Shown piece by piece: positions 18,372 through 25,900 of a stretch of 64,000 nt of DNA. The notes under the pieces were generated by a model. The model did not search any database, was not told where the DNA came from, and was given only the letters and a program-made list of their open reading frames with translations. Within the stretch, counting starts at the first letter, position 1; each line of letters opens with the position of its first letter. The DNA comes from a virus, in IMG/VR virus record IMGVR_UViG_3300009081_000009, positions 1 to 64,000 of that record; one strand, 5' to 3'. The position numbers and the translations under genes were made by a program.

Positions 18372-18401
18372 AATCTTATCCTATTAAAAACATTCATTTA
18401 G

Positions 18402-18473
18402 TGGTTGCACGGGTATCGAACCCGATCTCCAGATTTTCAGTCTAGCGCATCTACCATATATGCTATCACAACC
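18402..18473 (-). tRNA. tRNA-Phe(GAA), atypical acceptor/T-stem junction
   Basis: CTAGA-CTGAAAA-TCTGG anticodon arm; 8 nt before the UA linker and a 4-bp T stem. Confidence 0.75.
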
Positions 18474-18477
18474 ATAG

Positions 18478-18550
18478 TGGTCAGGATCGGAGTTGAACCG
18501 ATGACGCAAGCATTTTCAGTGCTTCGCTCTACCTACTGAGCTACCTGACC
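18478..18550 (-). tRNA. tRNA-Phe(GAA)
   Basis: AAGCA-CTGAAAA-TGCTT; GGTCAGG/CCTGACC acceptor. Confidence 0.95.
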
Positions 18551-18671
18551 ATATAAAAAAGTCACTTTCATCAGTATTTTCACTAAATCGAGATAATCCC
18601 ATTTTTCTATCCTCAAGTAAACTAAGCTACCACTATGCATCTAACTTATAGGTCTAGATACTTGACCTTTA

Positions 18672-18753
18672 TGGATCAGGCAGGATTCGAACCTGCAATG
18701 CCCGAAGGCGGGTGGGTTACAGCCACCTGAACAACCAATTGTTCAACTGATCC
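18672..18753 (-). tRNA. tRNA-Tyr(GTA)
   Basis: GGTGG-CTGTAAC-CCACC; long variable arm GCC-TTCG-GGC. Confidence 0.93.
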
Positions 18754-18759
18754 TTATAG

Positions 18760-18832
18760 TGGATGTGGTAGGATTTGAACCTACTTCCCCTGCATTATGA
18801 GAGCAGTGCTCGACCAATTGAGCTTCACATCC
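18760..18832 (-). tRNA. tRNA with CAT anticodon (Ile2/lysidine type favoured, elongator Met possible)
   Basis: CTGCT-CTCATAA-TGCAG; G1-C72, so not an initiator; leader L1 has two ATA codons. Confidence 0.85.
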
Positions 18833-18836
18833 ATAG

Positions 18837-18917
18837 TGGGTTAGGTAGGGGTCGAACCTACAGTGCCCGAAGGCGGGGGATTTACAGTCCCCGGAGCAAC
18901 CATTGCTCAACTAACCC
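18837..18917 (-). tRNA. tRNA-Tyr(GTA)
   Basis: GGGGA-CTGTAAA-TCCCC; long variable arm. Confidence 0.95.
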
Positions 18918-18925
18918 AAATTACA

Positions 18926-18959
18926 TAACAAAAACCCACTTCTTTTGGAAGTGGGCTTT
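18926..18959 (-). terminator. Attenuator terminator T1 upstream of the Tyr/CAT/Phe block
   Basis: GCCCACTTC-CAAAA-GAAGTGGGT-TTTTGTT; CACTTCC also complementary to GGAAGTG in leader L1. Confidence 0.9.
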
Positions 18960-18993
18960 ATAACTTTTGCCATACGCATTTTACGTATATAAG

Positions 18994-19065
18994 TTATCGC
19001 ATCACACTTCCTTTCGGAGTTGTTTTTATAAATCGATAATACTTATATATGCGTTTCATGTTCAT
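18994..19065 (-). CDS. Leader peptide L1 MNMKRIYKYYRFIKTTPKGSVMR (Tyr/Ile-AUA/Phe/Lys sensor)
   Basis: Codon run AAA CGC ATA TAT AAG TAT TAT CGA TTT ATA AAA; antiterminator strand GGAAGTG near the 3' end. Confidence 0.85.
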   Translation of the reverse strand: MNMKRIYKYYRFIKTTPKGSVMR

Positions 19066-19072
19066 ACCTTAT

Positions 19073-19102
19073 AATATAGTTCTTTTTAAGACACTTTGAT
19101 AA
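19073..19102 (-). promoter_or_regulatory. Possible second promoter directly ahead of L1
   Basis: AAAAAGAAC-TATATT-A context identical to the L3 promoter; weak -35 TTATCA at 18-nt spacing. Confidence 0.5.
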
Positions 19103-19143
19103 ACTTTTTTAGAGAAATACTACTTTTCTTTCTCTATGTATAC

Positions 19144-19172
19144 AATATAGGAAAAAATTCAATGAATGTCAA
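19144..19172 (-). promoter_or_regulatory. Sigma70-type promoter of the tRNA cluster
   Basis: TTGACA-N17-TATATT. Confidence 0.85.
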
Positions 19173-19186
19173 TGAAAAAGTACAAT

Positions 19187-20809
19187 TTATTCACTTTCCG
19201 GTGGATTGTACTTAATATACTCAGCATATTCATCCATAATTCGCTTATTTTCCGCTTTTTGCCACTTATCGGCCTCATCCAACTGTTTTTTAGTTCCTAT
19301 TGGTTTTGGGGGTTTACGATTCATATCCTTTTCTGAGTCTCTTATATCACTTGCATTCATTTTCAACCTCATTAAATAGTCATCTGGATATTCTTCTAAT
19401 TGCCATTTACTAACACCAGTTACTTTTTTAAGAAATTCTTTTTTATTATTGTCATTCATTGCCTTAAACATAGAAATGATTGAGAATATTGTTTTATCTC
19501 TATAACTCATATCATCTGAATTCAACTTTGATTTTGTGGTAGGTGGATACCATCCCTGTCCTTCTATGATTCCAGCACCCTCTTCCATTTTTCGTAACCT
19601 ATCATAATAATCAGGAATTTCAGCTTCATGATCCTTTGCGATTTCATACGCTATCTCTGGATTATTAGTATGTTCAGACTCTACATCTACGCCCATATCC
19701 AATTGATCCTCTATATCCTCTACAGGAAGTCCATGTTTCTTTGCTATGTCTTCTGGTGTCATTCCATCAGCTCTGCCACCAATAAGATGCTCAGCAGCTT
19801 CGAATCGACCTTTGGGTTTACTATAATGTTCATTCATGACTGTCTTTGTCAATCCTGCATCACGTAACATTAATTCACCGCGACATTTACCATATGATCC
19901 AAGTCTGGTTAAGTCACCACCCATCAATTCCATACTACCCATTAAATCAAATACACCAGAAATAAATTCATTCTCCCATAATTGTTCCATTTGCTCTGAT
20001 GTTAAATAACGAGGACTTCTACTATTACCTCTGACATCAGCTTCATGTGTTAATATAGCTTGACAATACAATTTGAATGGAATCCCAAGCAATCGTTCAA
20101 ATTCTTTTTGTGTAATTCCATCTACTCTATCGCTAATTAACCACAAATCTTCGGGATCACTATCATATACTTTAGCAGCAACACCAGACTGTTGAACATA
20201 TCCATCAGCCTCAGTTCCATTCTGAGCAATTCCTTTAGCATTTTTTGCCAATTTTAATACTTTATCATTACCTAAATCAAATGTTGTACGAGAACTTCCT
20301 GTACCCAATTGAGATAATTTTGATTTAGCATATTTAACTCTTGCAGCAAAACTAGGTAATTGTTTAAATGTTTTTACATCAAATGGCATATCTTGAATAG
20401 ATGTATCTAATCCTTCCAATATGCAAGTTATTAATGAATCATCAGCATTACCTCTAAATGATTCAATGAAAATACGTAATGCGTTATATGATTCTGTCAT
20501 TGGTCTTACCATTGAGTTTGATATAGTGAAATCTTTATGTCGGCCTTTATTTGGTTTAAATCCTAACCCTTTATAAAATTTTAGTAGTTTACCTTTTTTG
20601 CCACCAAAATCAGTTGATGGTGATAGTGATACTTGTTTCTTTACACTATTTGCGTATTGAATTATATCATTCATAATATTAGTCCCTATTCCTGAATTTC
20701 GTAATTCAGGATTGACTACTATTTTAGATACTTCTACACTATTACGTCCATCCCAGACAAATAAGTCAGCGACATCTTTATATTTATCTTTGATTTGATC
20801 TAATGTCAT
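19187..20809 (-). CDS. Multidomain protein: GNAT acetyltransferase + kinase-like + DUF5661-like
   Basis: IVVNPELRNSGIGTNIM (GNAT motif A); LGTGSSR..F...VLKLAKN..GIAQN..E, DL..LGSYG, LRDAG (kinase-like); GVDVESEHT...EIAKDH..E.PDYYDRL (DUF5661-like). Start placed at the ATG right after the upstream stop. Confidence 0.7.
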   Translation of the reverse strand: MTLDQIKDKYKDVADLFVWDGRNSVEVSKIVVNPELRNSGIGTNIMNDIIQYANSVKKQVSLSPSTDFGGKKGKLLKFYKGLGFKPNKGRHKDFTISNSMVRPMTESYNALRIFIESFRGNADDSLITCILEGLDTSIQDMPFDVKTFKQLPSFAARVKYAKSKLSQLGTGSSRTTFDLGNDKVLKLAKNAKGIAQNGTEADGYVQQSGVAAKVYDSDPEDLWLISDRVDGITQKEFERLLGIPFKLYCQAILTHEADVRGNSRSPRYLTSEQMEQLWENEFISGVFDLMGSMELMGGDLTRLGSYGKCRGELMLRDAGLTKTVMNEHYSKPKGRFEAAEHLIGGRADGMTPEDIAKKHGLPVEDIEDQLDMGVDVESEHTNNPEIAYEIAKDHEAEIPDYYDRLRKMEEGAGIIEGQGWYPPTTKSKLNSDDMSYRDKTIFSIISMFKAMNDNNKKEFLKKVTGVSKWQLEEYPDDYLMRLKMNASDIRDSEKDMNRKPPKPIGTKKQLDEADKWQKAENKRIMDEYAEYIKYNPPESE

Positions 20810-20810
20810 A

Positions 20811-22139
20811 TTAGCTCTCATCATATTCAATTATAATATTTGGTGTCGCTTGTCCAACTGTTGAGCTTCCTGTAACTTTAAGTTGTAAATACACATAATC
20901 AGTTTCACCAGCAGACATAGGATTATTTATACCAGCCCCAACAGTTTTTATATTATAGTTTCCTACCAATCCAGTTCTTGTATTTGTAACTTGGTTTCCA
21001 TAACAAGTATTTCTCACTGATTGATATCCTAAAATTTTATAACCAGCTTCCTTTACTGCTATTGGATCAATAGTAACAATTTCATTAACAGTCCCACCAT
21101 TTTCCACTGTAATTCCGTAAATTACCATGTGATATTCATTGTTTGCGATCACATCATCTTTATTATCTAGGAATCGTATAGGATCTGTATCGCCATTAAT
21201 ATTAATAAATCTATATATTCGATTTTCTAAAAAATTAAGGACAGGACTTTTTGTTCCATTCAGATAGAATGCTTTGGTTCCTGCTTGTGTTTCTCTGACT
21301 TCCACTGTATATTCTTCGGTAGTCGCTGGAGTCGTAGATAGATCTATCCATGTTATAGTATATCCGATTTCTGTTTTTATTACATCACCATACTTAAATC
21401 CATTAGGATATGCAGTCAATAAAGCACTAGATGCCGTTAATGTAACTACTCGTTCACCGGATACCGTAGTAACGACAATATCAGAACTTGATATAGGCAA
21501 ATTAGTAGCAGGATCTAAAATAGTAAATACAATAGCACCATTAGTTTTATCTATAAATTGATACGTACTACCTTGAACAATTGGAACATCTATCTGTCTG
21601 TCTTCATTTAGATAAATTAGATTTCCCGTTCCGATATCATGCATACTTATGTTATAATTAATTACAGCTAACCGTTCATCAACATATTGACCGTAATTAT
21701 TATTTACAGTTAATAAAAATGGACTTTCTTTAGTATAATTCCAAATACTATTAGTAGCTATCATAGATACAGTATTTGTTGGTTTTGTATAAGATACTGA
21801 ATTTCCTATATATAAAGTTGGAATGTTTAAATCAGCAGGAGCTTCGGTTTCTGGATATATTCTAATATGACTCAACTGATTAGATGGTGGAGTTTTTAGA
21901 ACTAACTTAAATACAGATTCAAATGAATAGGCTATAGCATCTGGATCATCCGGTCTATACACGCAATATGTATTGGCATCAGATTTATCATCGCTTGGTA
22001 CAACAACACCGGGATTCGGCATTTGTTGATATACAGCAGGAACAGCAGCATCGATTCTTTTTATACCAATGCTGGTTACAGGAGTTCCGAATGTTCCGTC
22101 TTTACCTGTATACTTATAAATGTTAAAAGTTGCACTCAT
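20811..22139 (-). CDS. Virion structural protein, unknown function
   Basis: 442 aa, Thr/Val/Asn-rich beta composition; directly downstream of the neck gene. Confidence 0.5.
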   Translation of the reverse strand: MSATFNIYKYTGKDGTFGTPVTSIGIKRIDAAVPAVYQQMPNPGVVVPSDDKSDANTYCVYRPDDPDAIAYSFESVFKLVLKTPPSNQLSHIRIYPETEAPADLNIPTLYIGNSVSYTKPTNTVSMIATNSIWNYTKESPFLLTVNNNYGQYVDERLAVINYNISMHDIGTGNLIYLNEDRQIDVPIVQGSTYQFIDKTNGAIVFTILDPATNLPISSSDIVVTTVSGERVVTLTASSALLTAYPNGFKYGDVIKTEIGYTITWIDLSTTPATTEEYTVEVRETQAGTKAFYLNGTKSPVLNFLENRIYRFININGDTDPIRFLDNKDDVIANNEYHMVIYGITVENGGTVNEIVTIDPIAVKEAGYKILGYQSVRNTCYGNQVTNTRTGLVGNYNIKTVGAGINNPMSAGETDYVYLQLKVTGSSTVGQATPNIIIEYDES

Positions 22140-22156
22140 TGATAATACTCCAAATT

Positions 22157-22903
22157 TTACATATCCAAATCAGTCATTATGAATGGTGTAGCGGATTCCA
22201 GTCTGATTTCTTTCTTTAATTCTTTAAAAGTTGTTGTGGCATCATCTAATAATTTTTGCCCATTAACTTTACCACCACCCGGAAATGTATAATCATCTCT
22301 ACTTAAAATCTTACCCCATAACATTTCCGTTTTAGCAACAACCATTTCACGAAATAATGGATTTGCGAATACTTCCGAAATTGCTGATTTTCTATAAATT
22401 CTACACATAGCAACTCTATCAGCTCTAGGAGTTGGAATTATTCTTAATTTATGTGCCTGTGGGTGAAATCTAACCTGATATTGAACACCAACCAATTTTT
22501 GGACATCTGCTAGGTATCTCATTGCACCTGCGTATGTCACAAGGTCGAATTGCGACCATCCAGTGGTTGCTACAAGTGATTCTCCAGCACCAACATCAAA
22601 TGCAGTCCATGGTGTGAATCCGTTACCAAATGATGGAGCTACGTCAATCACATCTGTAACTTCGGCAGGTACATCATATTCAATGATACCAGCTTTTAAT
22701 CTAAGAACCATCCAATCATGAAAACTTGCTTCATCTTGGTTTTCTCTATAAAACCAATCAAGACAGTCATTAATAGCCAAATGAATATGACCAAGACCAT
22801 TTTTTTCTTCTAATTCTAATTCGATTTCAAGTACAGGAGAGCCTAACGCAGCTTTGACATATTCAACCATGTCATCTCGTGTAATGTAACTATACATTGC
22901 CAT
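22157..22903 (-). CDS. gp13: Neck protein (T4 gp13-like)
   Basis: YVKAALGSPVLEIEL at the N-terminus and WGKILS..DYTFPGGGKVNGQ at the C-terminus. Confidence 0.88.
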   Translation of the reverse strand: MAMYSYITRDDMVEYVKAALGSPVLEIELELEEKNGLGHIHLAINDCLDWFYRENQDEASFHDWMVLRLKAGIIEYDVPAEVTDVIDVAPSFGNGFTPWTAFDVGAGESLVATTGWSQFDLVTYAGAMRYLADVQKLVGVQYQVRFHPQAHKLRIIPTPRADRVAMCRIYRKSAISEVFANPLFREMVVAKTEMLWGKILSRDDYTFPGGGKVNGQKLLDDATTTFKELKKEIRLESATPFIMTDLDM

Positions 22904-22927
22904 ATTATTATCCTATTTTATTATAGT

Positions 22928-25900
22928 TTATAATATGTCCCTAACGCTAGGCATTCTGGATTTCTTTAATTGAGCAATAACCTTTTCTACATTCAAACCA
23001 TTTTTTAATGGTTCAATTATAGGTTTTTCGCGAGTTAATTTTGCTCGTCTAGCACCAACCAATTGAGAATTTGATACCAATTTTTCATAAACAGATTCAC
23101 CACTACCATCAGTATACATATCTTCAATGTTTGCACCAGCACCACGAACAGTACCATCAGGATCTGTCTTTTTATTATTTATATTTATACGAGCGTACAT
23201 ATCACGCAATTGATCAAATGTTAATAGATCCTGTGTATTTATGACACCAAATTCATTTTCAAGATAATCTATAAATTCATAATTAGGTGAATTATAGAAT
23301 GTGTCATACATGAACTTTATTTTTAGATTATTAAATAACTCTACTATCTCAGTATATTCTTTATATAACTGATCACTAATCAATGAATGCAGCACAAGTG
23401 CGTCTTTATTTATTGGAGTTCCGTCATCAGCATACCCATCTATAACCGATGTTTCTGATTTTATATTTACTATGGCAGCATCACCTTCAGGTATAAAAAT
23501 ACCATCTTGATATTGACCAAACTGAACATGGTTAAAATCTAATTGTTTTTGACCGAAGGTATTACCATTTCCCTCTCTATGCATAGAACGCGCTTCTAAT
23601 ATAGGAGTTGTTAATTTTCCATCATATAATGTTATATATGATCCATCAGGTAATTCATCAATCTTTATTTGTATATTATAATAATAGTCACCTAGATATA
23701 ATTGCACAAATTTAATAGGATCAGTTTTGTAGTATTTCGTTACTATATTACTAAATCTCTCAATATAATCACCAGCAAGTAATCCTCTAGTTGCTGAGTA
23801 GTTACCTATTAATGAATAAAATATAACCAATTGATTGAATGATTTAGGATTTCCCGATTTCCACTCAGATACCAATTGTCTACCCATTAATGAGGTTCCA
23901 TTTGATTTCATTTTTCCATCAATTAATAATAAAAATTCCTTCACATCCTTCAATACTAAATCACTTGGAATAGCATAATTGGTTATTTTCTTAGGATCTA
24001 CCCACAAATCACCATTTATCGTGATTCCAGTATTAGCTGCTTTACTACCTATTTTTACATAAGGTGCCGTTATATCATTTCCATCAGTTACTAAATAACC
24101 AGCCTCGGTGACATTAACATATGCATTAGTTATTACAGGATCTTGTTGCGTAAATGCAGCATCTCTGAATTTTAACGCATCTTTATGATTTACACCAATT
24201 GGTAAAAATTCCCATACAAATAAATCAGGCCCAGTTACTAACTGACCACACCATATTACATTTAATGGTTCGCCATAATAACCGTTCTTCACACCATCAA
24301 TATATGCTTCTGCTATATTAAGCAAACGCATCATATCAGGAGTGCCATCTTCTATAGCCGTTATATTATCATCTTTAGTAATTCTTATTTTTACTGATAA
24401 TCCATAATTATGCCATGATAAAAATGTACTTACATCACCACCCAATTGTAATTTATCCTGATCTTCAGTCGATCTCATAGTTTCTATTAAATGAACTCTA
24501 GATTTACCAAATTCAGCCTCTAAAATCTTTAGTAAAAATTCAACCTTATTATATATATCTATACCACTACGTAATGTATTTATTGACTTACTGGATTCAT
24601 GAAATATTTCCCATCCCGGTATATCTGCATTTAATACAATATTACCAGCCATATCATATGTATAGTCACCATTTCTATTTTTATTTGCAGTAGATGATTG
24701 ATCAAATGACCCAAAATCACTAAATACTTGCTTACGTAATTCTGAATCATATGGCAAGTGAGGCATTGCATAATTGACTTTAATATTTTTTGGATCATCT
24801 GATGGCTTAGTTGTATCAAACGGCATTAATACTTTATTAAGCACACCACCGGATGTATTTCCGCTAAATGTCACATTAGTTGGTGCTGTATATGTTATAT
24901 GAGTAGAATCTATAATTTTAGCATCAAATGTTCCATTGAATGTTTCATTAGAACAACCAGAAATTGTTACAATTACAGTTTCAGGCATAGGATCTTTATT
25001 CATTATAGAAGTCGGCAATGTACTTGATAATGTAGCAGATGCATAAGTTCCATTTCCATTTAATGCTGATATTGAGATATTCATATCATTTGGAATTCCT
25101 AATGGCTCATCATTCTTTCTATATTTTGTATATGTATTGGTATCTACAAAATTGACCTCTACCCAACGAACACCAAGATCAACTTTTCTATATGTTGTGT
25201 ATTTTCTACCAAATAATCCTTTTTTTCGTATTTTTTTACGCTTTGTGCCCATGTATACAGGAACCAATAATCTACATAACTGCTTATCATATATAAAATT
25301 TTCATCCTCAACTGGAGGTATGGTAGAATCATCAGTATCAAAATTCTTTATGAATTGTCTATCAGGAAATACAGATTCATTGGTATAGTGCTGATACCAT
25401 CGTATATTTCTAATAATAACATTCAATTCACGCAAACTATCTTTAGCATCCGAAATACTTTCATACGCCAAGGCAACAGCAACCGCACCAAATCCAGCAC
25501 TAACAAATGCAGCACCGATAACAGCAGAGGCTGCTCGATTAACTTGTTTTTTTAGTTTTGGTAATATGTCAATTATCTCATTTATATTAGTCTCTGTAGG
25601 TAATACATATTCATATTCAAATTTTTTATTGTTATTTTTATCTAATACGAATTTGACTCCACCCGGAACCTCGGAATCTTCCGTAGTTACATATTTAGCA
25701 AATGGAACCGCAGCAGTTGTATCAGTCACAACCAACTCAGATTTTAGAGTAATTGGGTTATATGCTAATGTTTCAGCCAATGAAGGATCAACTACAAACT
25801 GTTTTGTTAGATTGATATCTTCCTCATCTACGAATGAATTAACTATTGCACTTGAATTTATTGCCTTTATCAAGGCAGTTAATTCTTCTATGAAACTATC

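Noticed and set aside
18555-18612. Hammerhead ribozyme (CTGATGA and GAAA on the minus strand)
   Set aside because: Stems I and II cannot be formed around the core motifs.
17424-18917. Suppressor or selenocysteine tRNA that would explain the TGA at 452
   Set aside because: All 12 anticodons read as sense (CTG, TTG x2, TTT x3, CTT, GAA x2, GTA x2, CAT); the long-arm tRNA has TTG, not TCA.
17723-18963. Track ORFs 17723-17914, 17914-18099, 17942-18124, 18775-18963
   Set aside because: They overlap tRNA genes and attenuators; the poly-Leu of 17723-17914 is the antisense of the poly-Gln leader.
18251-19140. T-box riboswitch as the regulatory mechanism
   Set aside because: No T-box consensus (AAGGTGGNACC-type) or stem I motifs seen; translated leaders with antiterminator complements explain the layout.
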